NCBI RefSeq assembly: GCF_009914755.1
Contig: NC_060930.1
Length of the DNA: 64,000 bases
From: the human T2T-CHM13v2.0 reference genome, Homo sapiens
Strand: one strand, 5' to 3'
The notes under the pieces were generated by a model, which was not told the origin of the DNA, searched no databases, and saw only the letters and a program-made list of their open reading frames with translations. The stretch's first letter is position 1; every line of letters starts with the position of its first letter. Positions 27,290 to 40,692 of the stretch are shown here, piece by piece. The position numbers and the translations under genes are program-made.

Positions 27290-27760
27290 ATTATCTTTTA
27301 ATTATAGAGGCATCATAGCAGTATTACAAAAAGCTTAGAAATAAAGAAGGGAAAGCACCCACATTTACCACCCTAAAACATGGTAATCAGTTTTTAAACA
27401 ATTGTTCAGTGGCTTTTCATAGTTGTATCAGTTGTTTTGTATGTGCGTTTCCCCTTATCACTGTATAATCCCCATAGTTACCATTTGAATGGCTGTATCA
27501 TATTCTGTTGTGATGCCACATCATTAATTATTTAACTCTGTTGTTGACATGTGCGTTACTTCCAACTTTTTACAGTTACTAATAACAGTTAAAGGTATAC
27601 ATTTGTACATGTAGCTATTTTCATATTTTGAATTAGTCTCTTATGATAGAGTCTCAGACATGGCATTACTGGGTCAAAGAGTATGAACATTTTTATGGCT
27701 TCTAAAACGTATTGGCAGATTGCTTTCCAGAAGAGTGGAGGCAATTCACAATGCCACCAC
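27290..27760 (-). mobile_element. Ancient L1ME-like fragment
   Basis: GGCATTACTGGGTCAAAGAGTATGAACATTTTT...GCAGATTGCTTTCCAGAA. Confidence 0.6.
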
Positions 27761-30700
27761 AAAGGCATTCGTTTCCCAGATGGCCAACTTGGTTAGGGAT
27801 GCAGCCTCTCACAGTACATGAGAAGCTGTGTTTATGTTTGTGTTTGTGTTTGTGTGTGTAAAAAACTTGTTGGCGCGTTTGTGTATTGATTTAAGCCCAG
27901 GGACACCATGCATTGCCTTTGTTAATAGGAATGTACTAGGTGTCTAAGGATAACATAATGGTCATCCATTAGTATTTAAAATAGATGTGTGCTTGATATG
28001 GATTAAAGCAAGGGTATAGGTGTTTCCTCTTTCCCTAGAATTCGGACTTTTAAAAAGATTGGCAAAGGTGAGTTGACAAGAGTGTTCAGCCAGTGTGACT
28101 AGGTTCTTAGTGGCTCCCTTCTTTTTGGGAATACCTAGTGATTTGGAGGCGAAGGTGGAAGTCAAAGGAGCTTGGTAGGAGCAGTAGTGGGAGGGCACTG
28201 GAAGTAGCTGGGCATGCGCTCAGAAGAGTGCCTATTGTGGACTGCACAAAGCACCTCACCTCACCTGGTGAGGACAGTCTTTTGGGTGCTGAATGGAGTG
28301 CTTGTGTGGAGAAGGATTTTGAGGTCACACCTAGGCTCAGTGGGAAAGATACTGTGATTAATTAGCAATTTGTTCTAGATCTTTGTCATTGCAGTTTTCT
28401 TCAATTTGTTATCCAGTTGGATTATAAACATTACATGCCTTCATGTAGGAACTGTACCTTTTAAAATTACAATTTTCTACCCATTTCCTAAAATGTCTAG
28501 CACATTGTATTGTATATGATGTACGTGTATGGTAGTTTTGTGTCTGCTGATTGAATGAATGAGGGAAAATACTACTTTATCCTCATAGTCCCAGGCATTT
28601 TATCAAAGCCTTGTGTTGAAGTAGTGGGATCCCACAGTTTGCCTGCCCACATGTGAAACCTCCAGCAGACCTCACAGGGATAAAGGAAAGGAAATTTCAA
28701 CTGAGAAACTTAGGGAAAGTAATGCCAGCAGAGACCTTTGACTCATTTATATAACCACCCAAAACATTGAATGAGACCTCCTTGTTTTATAGAGGAATCA
28801 ATTCAGACAAAGAAGAGCAAATAGCTTCCCCACGATCACACAGATGGTGGGTGACTGGGGACCCCAAGTTGGGTCCTGATTCCTGGTCCAGTGTCCTTTC
28901 CTCTACACCTTGTTGGGAGAACTTGGCGTACTTGTTTTGCTTGCCCCTCTCCCACTATAGCCCCTACAAGTGTGTATTTGGAGTTTTCTTTGCTGTCTGA
29001 CCATGCTTGTCCTCCCATGTAACTGGATTAGGAATGAGTTTAGAGATTGTGGCCTTGAGGCAGTAGTCAGATGGGGGTATGAAGATTTATACTGAGTGCC
29101 AAGAGACAGTGCCGGATCAAAATTCAATTCTATTCAAACTTACAGCTTTGCCTTATCTCCAGTTTGGAATATAACCTTTTTTTCATTTTAAAGGGAGAAC
29201 ATATAATGGTAGATGTGGTACATGATTTGAGTGTGTATTTGATACAATTGTGATCCTAATAAAACTGCCATTCTGATCCATATGCCTAGGGTAGAGGTTT
29301 AAGGTTGTTAAGGGAGCATGAACTTTGAGCTTCTTGATTTATCTTGTGTGACTGAAATCTAAACGTCAGTATTGCATCAACTCCGGGGTTGTTTTTCCTC
29401 CTTTCTTTCCAGAACCCCTCACCCCCAATCTGATGAGCACATTTGGTTGTGTAGTTGAGATTCTGAAGCTAAATGCATTAATAGTGAGGGAAGTATTCAC
29501 AGTGAATGTCGAATGAAATGACTGAGGAGACAAAGCAGGAAAGAGAATTAACAGTCTACTGGTTCTTTTAACAGCCATGTGATGGCTGCCCTGGGAATTG
29601 AATGATTTGTAGATGACTGGATCCTGCTCATTCCATGGTGGCTTGAGGCCCCTTGAAATTGATGTGAACCTCGTAAGCTGTCAGCAGTTACAGCTACTGG
29701 GTAATCAGGTTTGGAATTTATGAGTATTTACATTTCAGAGGGCCTTTACTATGTTTCTGGAATTTTGGATTAGAAATGCTTGTCCTTGATATAACAGTAT
29801 TTTATGCACGCTGCTGGAGTGTTTAAGCCCCTTCACATTCCCAGTGTGTCCCAGTATGTAAGCCACTTTCTTTCTGGGAGAGCAAAAAGATGATATACTT
29901 AATCCTACTTTTGGATTAGTGGACAGGATGATTTTTCTCTGCTTCTCTACTAAACTAGCTCCATACTGTCTTCTGTACAGTAACAAGTCACATGGTAAAA
30001 AGAAGTTAGAAGAGTCTTACTGACCTGCTGTTGATAAATATTTTCCTACAGCATGCTGAGGTGGGCACATTTTGACTTTGCTTGGTTTTGAAAGGATTAA
30101 CATTTTTTAACTGATAAATACGAATTTGTTCTGAAAAACTAAAAAAAAAATGGAGAAATTGAGAGAAAACTTATCTAAGACCCCTCCAACAGAATGCAAA
30201 CCACTTAGGACATTTAATTTTTCTTTCATTCTTTTTTAATGCATAATTTTTATGTAGTTGTAATCTGTTTATGAAAATCTGGTATTTTAAAAATTATTAC
30301 ATATGTTTTTCTTTGTTATTATATATTTTTCCTACAGAAGCTTCATTTTCCATTGAGGGGCATTTGTTAAAATCTTTACTTGCTCTTTCCACATGTTGTC
30401 CAATGGCTCAGTCCTTTACTTATCAGTGGGGTGTGAGTGGGTAATGGCACTGTCCATCAGTAATTATGACTGATGAGTTGGCTGTCTCTTCACTCAGTGG
30501 AGGCCAGGCCTCTTCTTTCATTTGAGAGTCATTGATCTGAATGGCTCATATATTTTTCCAATTATAAATTATCCTCTAGTGGGCTTTTTGTGCATTAGTT
30601 CTTTGGGATATTTTTTCAGAGTAGAATTGCTGTCCATAAAAGGGACATTTTCATAAGGTCTATGAGGCATTTTGATATTTTACACACACGCGTGCACACA

Positions 30701-31951
30701 CACATGCACAATTTCCGTCGTATCATATTGTATATACTGTTTTCTGCAAGTTGCCACTAGTAATCTCAAATGTACAAAACTAACCATATACTACACGTAA
30801 CATTGGGTAGTATTGCTGTTTTAAGTTCGTTAACTTGATAGGCAGAAAATAGCATCAAGTTTTAAATTTCTTGACTTAGTAGTGAGCGTGAGCACTTCAG
30901 CACACATTGATTAGCTACTTGATTTCCTGTTTTATGAACTAATTCATCTTGGCCTTGAAGTTGTAGTGGTTAGAAAGGAGTGGCACCTGCCAGCATCTCG
31001 GTGGGGCACACGGGGCTAGGACACAAGCTGCCGTGCAGCCTCAGGGGTCAGCCTCAAGGCTCATGACCTGAGTTGGCGGAAAAGCACTTACTTACACTGC
31101 CCACATTGCTTTAGGAGGTCAGGATCTCTCAACACTAAAGTAAATGCTTGTTTTTGACCTTACTACTGCTTCAATTTGAATTGGCAACTATTTGCAATTT
31201 ATATGGGGATTTTTTAAGGACAGTAGGGAAGGTGTGAGATTTTTATGTTTATCAAATAAAATGGGCCACGGATGTGAGAATTTTTTCACTTTTTAAAAAT
31301 GGCTTGCTACAAAATTCTTCTTCCTCTCTTTTTTTTTGAGAGAATGCCACATGCAAAGGCCTCAAGGCAAAAAAGGGAGTGATGTGTCCCGGGAAGAACA
31401 ATGAAGCCAGGGTGCCTGGATGTTTACAAGGAAGACCTAGGTGAAGTCACAGAAGCAGGAAGGAGCCCAGTGATGCAGACATTAGTAGGTCGGGGCAAAT
31501 GCTGTGGCAAATCACCAAAGGGTTTGAGTTGCAGGCATGTGATTCACAGAAGCATCACCCTGGAAAGGCAAGAGAGGAAGCAGCAACTCCCGATGGATGC
31601 CTCCTGGGGAAGCCAAGGCAAGAGGTGATGGTACCCTGCATGCTTGTGCTTCCTAAACCATCTCTGGTAAAGGGCCATAAGTTTTTATTTCTAATCTGCT
31701 GTACACTGATACTGTTATAGAATATAAGAAACACGGATTACCGGAAGAATGACCATGAGCTTGAATGTGACAGCAATGTCAAATTGCTACAAAAGTTTCT
31801 GTGTACTTACTCTCGCCCTGTGTCCTTACCTTATCATGCGCTGGTATCAGGTGGACCCCACTTTGATAGCCTTGGCTGACAATGCAGCTCCAACGTCTAA
31901 CAATGTGTTGCATATTTTCTGTGGATCAAGCCGTGGTATATGGCTATCAAC

Positions 31952-32303
31952 TGTATTAGTTCATTTGGGCTGCTCTAACAAAATATCATAAACTGGGTGA
32001 TTTATAAACAATGGAAATTTATTTCTCATAGACCTCAAGGCTGGGGAGTCCAAGATCAAAGGACATATTTGATGTCTGGTAGGGCTTTCTGGTTCATAGA
32101 TGGCACCATCTCCCTGTATCATTATAGAAGAGGCAAGGGATCTCTCTCAGGCCTTTGTAATAAGGGCACTAATTCTATTCATAAGGGCTTTGCCCCCGTG
32201 ATCTAACCACCTCCCACTGGCCCCATCTCCAAGTACTATCACCTTGGAGGTTAGAATTTCAATATATGAATTTTGGGGGCCCACAAACATTGAGTTTATA
32301 GCA
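31952..32303 (-). mobile_element. MaLR LTR (MLT1A/MST-like)
   Basis: TGTATTAGTTCATTTGGGCTGC...TAAGGGCACTAATTCTATTCAT...CAAACATTGAGTTTATAGCA. Confidence 0.85.
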
Positions 32304-32719
32304 ACTATTTATACCAGACAATGTGCTGTGTACAAGATAAACAGTGGGATATGAAATAAAGGTTGTCTCTGCCTTTCAGATTTTATAGTCAGGTTGAATT
32401 GAGAGAGAAGTAGATGAATATGAGGCATATATTGCAGATAGACTCTCTAGGACTTAGTAATGGATTGGATGTGGGAGATTCAAGGAGAAGGAGGACTCAA
32501 GGTTAAGAGGCAGGGATGGGGTACTCTTTACAGAGGGGAGAGAGACACTTTCTTTAGACTTGGCAGGATTGTGTGAGATTCTTGTTAGTGTTGAACTTTT
32601 ATCTTTTAGAGACATGATATTCTAATTTCATAAAAGCAAAATGATTAACATCCTGATGCAGATTTGAAATGAATTTCCCTGATGACATGGTGCCTCCAGG
32701 AAGAAATCTGGGTGGCTAA

Positions 32720-34480
32720 GGATAAAGGTGGGGGAGTTTGGAATTTCGTACTGTGCCTATATACCTAGTCAATAAAATGTGTTTTGAAATAGGATCTTAT
32801 GACAGCCAAAATAATAAAATACCTGTGGATAAATCTGAAATAAGAAATGTGGAAGATATGTATGATGAAAACTTTAAAACACAAAGAGATTTGCTAGAAG
32901 AGTTAAATGGAAAAAGGAACAGGTTAGAAAGGAAGACAATATTGAAAGATATCAATTCTTATAAATTAATCCAATAATCAATGAAATCCTAATTCAAAGG
33001 GCAACAGAGTTTTGTTGCTCTTGTTGTGCAGAGGAATTTGGTACAGTGTTACAAAATTCATCTGGAAAAATCAAATTGTGAGAATAACTTGGAAAATACT
33101 CCAAAAGATAAGTAATGAGGGGCAACTTGACTTACTGGATGTTAGATACATTATGAAGCTATAATAATTTAAACATTAGAACTGAATAATTTAAGATCTT
33201 GCTACAGAAAAAGAAAAAGGCACACAGATGAATGGAACAAAATAATTGTTCAAAAATAAACCTGAAATGGACCTGAAATTAGATTATGATAATGATGGTT
33301 TTCAAATCACTAGGGAAAGTAGGTTTTCAAATCACTAGGGAAAGTAGATTTTCCAATAATTTTAAATGTTTAAGGAAACAAGAGTAAACAAAATGCAATA
33401 TCTTTATTTCATTCTTTATACCCAAGAAAATTCCAGATAGATAAAAGATTTAAACATAAAAGCATAAAGTATAATTTCTATAAGAAAACATGAGTAGATT
33501 TATTAATAATTTTGGAGTGGTGAAGGCCTTTCTAAGCAAGGCAAAAACCTCAAAGGTCATAAACTAATAATTGTTAGATTTCCTTATATAAAATTTAGGT
33601 TTAAGGAAAAAAAAAACCTACAAAGGCAGTCAAAAGATCAGCCACAAACTGGCAATTATTTGTAATACATATGACCAAGAAAGAGTTGCCAGTAACAATC
33701 TTAATTAAAAAAAACTCATAGAAATAAGTAATGAAAAAGCTCCATCAGTCTAATACATTTTTTTGTGTGTGTGCGTGTGAATTGGTAGTTTAAGAAAAAA
33801 AATACAAATGCTAAAAACAAATGAAAATGTGCAGCTTCACTGATAATTAATGGGAAGGTATGTTAGTGAGACATCATTTTTGACCCGTTTGGCAAACAAT
33901 CAAACAAAAAGTAATCTAAGCACTCATGAAGGTTTGGGCAAACAGAAACTCCCTACCAAAACGTAAGGTCCATAGGCAGAGGCCCTTTTTAACAAAAAAT
34001 CTATTTCACTGCTATATCCTGAAAATAGAGAAATGTAAGGGGTCAGTGAACATGTGGTGAGTGAATGAATGCATGAAAATATTGTCCTTGGTAGAGTAAG
34101 TTGAGCAATCTCACTTGAGTGGAGTGCAGTTTAGCAATATCAAAATAAAATTCCTGTGCCCCTTTCTCCAGCAATCCCACCATTAAAAAGTTACTCTTCT
34201 TCTGTGCTTCCAAAGGTTTGCTAAAATACGTGGGCAAGGATGCTTATTTCAGCACTGGTTGTCACAGCAGAAACCTGGGAACAGTCAGAACACATCAATG
34301 AGGCACTGGTTAAATAAATCATGGTGCATCCAGGTGATGATATGGTTTGTAGTTGTTGCGAGTGAAGAGGATTTGTATGTGCTGTCAGAGAGGGAATTCC
34401 AGTGCATTTTGTTATTAAGTAAAAAGCAAGATGTAGTACATGACCCTGTTTGTGTTAAGAATCAAAAGGAGTATGTTTTA
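32720..34480 (+). mobile_element. Ancient L1M (degenerate ORF2 3' part and 3'UTR)
   Basis: A-rich; ACAAAATTCATCTGGAAAA, AAAATTCCAGATAGATAAAAGATTTAAAC, CCAGCAATCCCAC. Confidence 0.75.
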
Positions 34481-34840
34481 CTGATAGATTAAATAGATGC
34501 TGCAGGGGTTCCCTCAACCCCTTCAAAAGGGATCACAGGAAACTTTTAGGAAAGGTCGCAAAAGCCACTGAGTTGGAGATACAGAAGGGGGTCCTATTTC
34601 AGTCACGTGTGTGTGTGTGTACATTTGGCATGTTTTATTATTCTCATTATTTTTAACTCAACAGTTATCTGAGTATGATGTTACAGAACTTTTCCCTCTT
34701 TTTACTTCTGTGTATTAAAACATGCATACACCTGCACGACCCTAATAAATGTTCCTTAGAAAAAAATTTCCATAAAATGTTCTTTATTTGTTGACTGTGG
34801 TATTGGCCTCAGATCAAATTATTTATCCTGTTTTCTTTAG

Positions 34841-34941
34841 ATATATGAAGCCGTCTTAAGATTGAGAGTTTCTCAGTTTTTGACCTGGGTGTCTTATTTA
34901 GCTAAGACTAGGACCATGTGCTCTTTTTTTTGGCATGGAGG
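34841..34941 (+). other. Candidate 101-nt cassette exon
   Basis: ttttctttag|ATA...GAGG|gtaagt; no transcript evidence. Confidence 0.25.
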
Positions 34942-36981
34942 GTAAGTGAGAACGTAATGGTTTGTACTTGTTGGGAAGAAGCAGCTCATGTTTGGATCTA
35001 GCTGTCAAAAATGAGAGATAAAAAGCCACTCACAGATTCCTTTGTTCCACAACTGTAATGTATTTCTGATTCTCATTGATAATAATATATTAATTGTGGC
35101 CTCAAGTGAATTTGCCCATTGTAGGTTTGTCTGGGGGAGTGTAAGTTAGTTTAAATAACTTTCCGTGCATCGTAGAATCTTCGGTGTGTTGAAGGGTTTT
35201 ATGTAATACAAACATTCATCCACAAACCATATTTAGACACATAAAGCTCCTTGATTTCTAATGAACTTTTTACATGTGTAGAATGTCTGAAACTTACAAA
35301 TAATCTAGGAACAAGCAAATAACTTGGGACCATCTTCTGAAAGTGATTCAGATTATGAATTAAGCTGCAGTCCTTTTGAATGTGTCTTTAACTCAAAAGG
35401 GTGGCAGTTTAATTCATAGCATTCATTTATCCTCAGAAATTGAAGTATAAAAATTTTAATAAGAATTTATTTTAGGCTTTGCTTACTATTAATCTATAAG
35501 TCTCATAGCTTATGTCTGTGTAGTATTTTTTGTGTTTCAGAAGGCCTTTTTTATACACTTTCACTTAAACTTCATAACAACCTTGAGAAGTAGACTGAAT
35601 TTTCTTTATTATCTGAGGACTTATTGTTTGATATTTGAGGACAATATTGCCAGCTTAGAGAATACGTTAACAGTGGTCCTGAAGATTAGACTAAGATAGC
35701 AGAAAAAAGGAAATATCAAAACTTCAAAGATTTAACTCATCTCTAGCCACTGGGAATGTGCTTATGGAGGAGGGTTTTGAAAAGTAGGGGTTATTCCCAG
35801 TGTGTGTTAGAAAGTGCAGGGCTCTCTCTTCTTGCCTTCTGTTCTGGGCTCTTGTTCCCTAAAGAAATGCCTCTCAGATTTTCAAGACCACAGTGCTAAG
35901 TATCAATTATAAGGAGTCCAACCGGGACTCAAATAAGAATTTGAGTGCCCAGTATGTGCAAGCACTGTAGCAAGTGCTGGAGGCACAGTGTTGAATAGCA
36001 AAGACACAGCCCTTTTTTTTAGGCTTACATCTGGGGCTTCCTGTTGGTGACTTGTGGTGACGGTGGACACGTTCCTGCCCCCAAAGAATCTGGGGGATAC
36101 TGTCAGGTCAATGGGCAGTCCCAATACCTTGTGTTCAGTGATATAATAGGGGATGTATGAATTGCTGGAGAGCACATAGCTATGGCATCAAATACAAATT
36201 TGAGGACTCTGGGGTGGGAGAGGGAGAAGGAGAGGGAGAGAGAGAAAAAGTGTGTGGTGGTACTGCAGAACAACCTAATCAGCAAAGTACAACCAACCAA
36301 CACCCCCTAACACAGACTTCAGTGTTGTTTACACATATAGTGGTTCATTGAAAGATTAACAGATAATGGCTTATTAAAGGATCATCTGAATTTGTTGTTA
36401 CAAAATCACCTGCCCCTTTTCATCAGGCTGGGATGTGCTACCACATTCTCTATGCAGATCTCAGGTTGTCTGTCTGCTGAGGGCTGTCCATACTCAGACT
36501 ACCATCAGCTGGTTCTAGTTTCCCAGTGACTTCTGATTTACTGCTGGCTTTATAGTTTACTCTTAGCTCCTCTGTCGTACTTAATGCATAAAGGCTCATT
36601 GACGCAGGGCCGTTCCTTATCATTTTAGCTGATTCCCGGCTGTATTCCCTAATTACATATCACAGCTTTCACAACACAGATCTGCATTTATTGCCATCTA
36701 ATAGATCTTTTCCTGATTGGTAACTTCATATGGATTTCTCCAGTAGGCAGTTTTTATTAGGGAATTTTTTTAGAACTCTACTGTAAATTGAGTTGAGCTA
36801 TTTTGGGAAGGAGATTTGCATAAGACTTAACAGGGGAGAAGTGTTTGGAGGGAGGGAACAGCCTAGGTGGAGCCTTAGATGTAAGAAAGCATAAGAAAGT
36901 ATTGAAAACAGGGAAATGATTTTTATATGTGGTGGAGAAGTGGTCATAGGTGAGCCTAGCTAGAGAGGTAAGTCATTGGTT

Positions 36982-37214
36982 TAGTGCTTCCTAAACTTTG
37001 CTGCACAATGGAGTCACCTGGGAATTTAGAGAAAATTAAATTTAAAATAAAATAAAATAAAATAAAATAAAATAAATAACCTCCCAATCCCTGGCTCCTC
37101 CCTACCTTCTGTGCCCCAGACATTGTGACCTAATTGGTATGTAGTGTGCTGGGGCATTGGGAATTAGAAAAGTTTCTCAGATTACAACGTATAGCAACAT
37201 TTGGGCACCTCTGA
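36982..37214. mobile_element. MER5B-like MITE with internal (AAAAT)n, within an L2 relic
   Basis: AGTGCTTCCTAAACTTTGCTGCACAATGGAGTCACCTGGG; (AAAAT)n at about 37044-37078. Confidence 0.6.
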
Positions 37215-38913
37215 GCCAGTTTATTAAGGGTCTTACGAATTATACTAAAGCATTTGGATTTTATTCAGAGAGGGATTTATGGCATCGAGGAACCACTGAA
37301 AGTCTTTAACCAGCAGTTCTGTAAATTAGAAAGATCATTCAGATTGCTTTGGTGAAAATGGATCGAGGAGTCTAAGACTGGAGGCAGTGAAACCAGTTGA
37401 GGGTCCCTGAAGGTTAAGGTGGGCTGATGGAGGAGGGAGTGGCAGTAGAGTTGGAAAGAGGCAGATGGATACCTGGGATATTGAAGAGGTGGGTTCAGCA
37501 GAACCGTTTATGGATGGTGTGGGTGTGATGGATGGGACAGGTGTGTGGGGGTGGAGGAGAGGGATGAGTTGAGCTTAGGTGGGTGGGAGCAGGGAGAAAG
37601 GGATGATCCTGGGAGATTGTTTCCTTGTTTCTGCAGGGGTCATTCTACCAGACCTGCTGAACCAAGGTGACCAAGTTACACTAGTTTCTCCTTTCAGGAG
37701 GTAGCTGAGAAAATCCGTCAGTTGTTTGCTGAGCACTTACCTTTTAGGATAAACTGCCTATGGTCTGTTTTCTTCCAGGCAGAGGTGATGTCTTGTTCCT
37801 CCTCAGTTTGAGTGGGTGTTTTTTTCTCTAATGATTAATCATCTTATAGCTCATTTGCATGAGACATCTGTGACCTTGATTAAGGGGAATTCTCCTCACA
37901 CTTGTGACCCATGCAGGTCCTCGTCGATATGGGGTTACCACTGGCTCAGTGGCCTCCAGAGAACTTCAGATCTCTTGTGCAAAGAATGAGAGATAGTTGG
38001 GGAAATACAGATTTCATTACTCTTTCATGTAATTGAATTGGAAATGTATCTCACTTTTATCTGAAAAGTTTTTGGAGAAATGTGAGGCAAATTTTATGTA
38101 GCAATCGATGTTCTTTGAGAAAGAAGTATAACCTCTGTAACAAAAGTTCAGTTGTGTTCTCTCTTTAGGAAAATCCAGTATACAAAAATCTGAATTTACA
38201 AAGCACGCACATTCTGGGTAGAGGTAATTAGTGGTTGATGATTTTGGTAATGAATTCTTGGCTTTGTGAAAAGATGTCCTTTGAGAATCTTTTGTAAAGT
38301 AAGTTTTCTATGTTCTTTAAGTGACTTGGATTTTAGGAATAAATTTTTGGAATAAGTAACAGCCTATCTGGGTATTATAATGTATATAATCTACTATGTA
38401 CTGTTATGAGAATCTTGGCCAAGGATTAGGAAGGGTTAAGACCCGTTTGCCCCACATAATGCTAAAATGTCAGAGAAAGGGAGTCTTCTTCCTTTATGTC
38501 TACACTGTCTAGCCTTTCCCCATTAACGTGGCTTTGGTATAAAGTTTTCCCATCTCCTTCCTTGCATGCAGCGCCTAAAGAACTCCACAGTGAAATCCAA
38601 ACCCTGTGTGTGACATTTTGGTCTGTTGACATAAATGTAATTCTAAAGTCATAAACTGTAATGAAATTCACCACAGATTTACCTAGGTAAGCAAGTAAGT
38701 TTTGAAGCCAAAAATCACAGGAGTAAATGGGAAATTCATTTGATGGTGAGAAAAAGGAGCAAGGAGAAATGATCAAATCACAACCTAAAAACCAAACAAA
38801 ATCCATCTACAATCTGAAAAACAGCAAGTTTTTCCCAAAACACCAAAATCTACTCTTGCCAACATATTATTTTGAAAATAATGTTTGTTTTATTTCTAAA
38901 GCGTATATTGATT

Positions 38914-38966
38914 TCTCTTTCTTTCTTTCTTTCTTTTTTCCTTTCTTTCTTTCTTTCTTTTTTTTG
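38914..38966. repeat. (CTTT)n / T-rich tract
   Basis: Direct reading. Confidence 0.85.
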
Positions 38967-39191
38967 GGGAGAAGAAGGAATAGAGGACAGCAGAATACCT
39001 AACGCATTTGTGATGCGCTGCTTATAAATGCATGTTCAGAGGCAAATGACCATGATAAACTACCATCTAGGAAACTGCTTTATTTAAATGAAGTCATTTC
39101 CCTCCTGCTGCCTTACAGGGCATCAACAAATGAGTTGTGCGTGAGGAAGGGAGAAGCACGTAGTGCTGATGCTCACTGTGTCATCTTGCAG

Positions 39192-39209
39192 GGGCTTCGT
39201 TATGGAGAG
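39192..39209 (+). other. Candidate 18-nt exon
   Basis: ttgcag|GGGCTTCGTTATGGAGAG|gtatgc; no transcript evidence. Confidence 0.25.
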
Positions 39210-39579
39210 GTATGCCGATGCTGATCCAGACAGCCTAACTGGCAGCCTGAACTGACTAATGGAGCCATCTGCATGTTGGCTGACATCTGGTTTTAGAAGT
39301 TATTTATAAAGAAAGGATCGTTGTAATCAAAACAGCCAGAGAGGTTTTAAATGTCAAATGTACTGGGAAAGATTCACTTAGGGTGACTGGCACTGTAGGA
39401 AGGATTAGCAGTTTCTCTAAATGCTTGTATGTGGGGAGTGCATTTCTCCTGTGTGTAAATAGTACTTTAAGACAGCATGTTATAACAAGGTATTTGAAAC
39501 AAACATATGTTTTGGAAGTTGTGAACATTGTAAATGTGGAGGACTATAAAACTACCCGAATGACACATTAATAAGCCAA

Positions 39580-40620
39580 AATATTAATGAGACAACATGT
39601 AAAGAGCTTGAATGTCTGTACTCCTGTACAGTAAGGGAAAAGGCTGAGCAAAGTGAAAATCAATGACTCTTCCTAGACCCATGGAAGAACTGAGGTGACA
39701 GGGTAAACTGCTGCCCTGAGAAGTGGAGAGAGGATACCTGGAATGACAGGTGACCGGAAGCAGAAGTCCAAGAGCAGAATCCCACCCCAATCCCTATACT
39801 AGTGGGAACAGATAAGCTGTAATTGACGAATTGCTGGGGGCCCAGCATGCACTGGCTTTGAGAGTTAAAGACTGTGGGGCCCAGAGCCGCCACACTTTCA
39901 TGAATTTTACTTCCAGGAGTCTCACCAGTGTCTCACAAAAATCCTACTTGTTTCTGGCAGAGGGAGGGGGAAAGTAACCATTTTGAAATATATCCACAAC
40001 AGGCTTTTCTCTTTAACAAAAGCCTGCTCTCAAACTATTTACCAAAGCCCAGCAGACTTAGCTTTTATCAGAATCTAACTGACCCAAGGGATGGGAAATG
40101 CCCAGCTCTTGCCCCTTCTAGCCTTCCTGTCTCCATTAAGGGGGAAAAGTAAAGCTGAGACCCCCTTGTGAAGGGCACAGCCGGTACAGCCCAGTACCTA
40201 ATCACACTCACCTCCTGTCACACTCACCTCCTCTCACACTCGCCTCCACATCAGTTAGGCTCTTGCATGGTAACAGGATTACAGTGAAAAGTAATGCAAG
40301 GGTTAAAGGAGACCAAACAAGAATACTGCAGGAAATTTTAGCCTCCGGCATCTACAGTTACAGCAAACAGTAAAAACAGCTAACTCCTACCCAGATAAAC
40401 ATAAAACCTCACACCAAAAGCCTGTTTACCTCAGTTCTTTCACATAATAGGTTCTGTCTAGTATTCGACAAAAAATCACAAGGCATGCTAAAAGGCAGAA
40501 AGCACAGTCTGAAGAGACAGGGCAGCCCACAGGCCCAGACTCAGGCAGTGGTTTTTGAATTATCAGAGCAGTAATTTAAAGTCACTAATATTAATATGCT
40601 AGGGGTGCTAATGGAAAAAG
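39580..40620 (+). mobile_element. Old L1M 5' region / ORF1 start
   Basis: GAATTATCAGAGCAGTAATTTAAAGTCACTAATATTAATATGCTAGGGG...AATGGAAAAAG resembles the L1M ORF1 start. Left boundary uncertain. Confidence 0.6.
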
Positions 40621-40692
40621 GGGAAGCACACAAGTGCTTCTGCAGCTCAGACTCTGAGTTCTTGGCTTTCCTGTAAACATAAATTAATACCA

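Noticed and set aside
32738-32977. ORF with L1 ORF2-like residues
   Set aside because: Degenerate ancient L1 with surrounding stops and frameshifts; not a functional CDS
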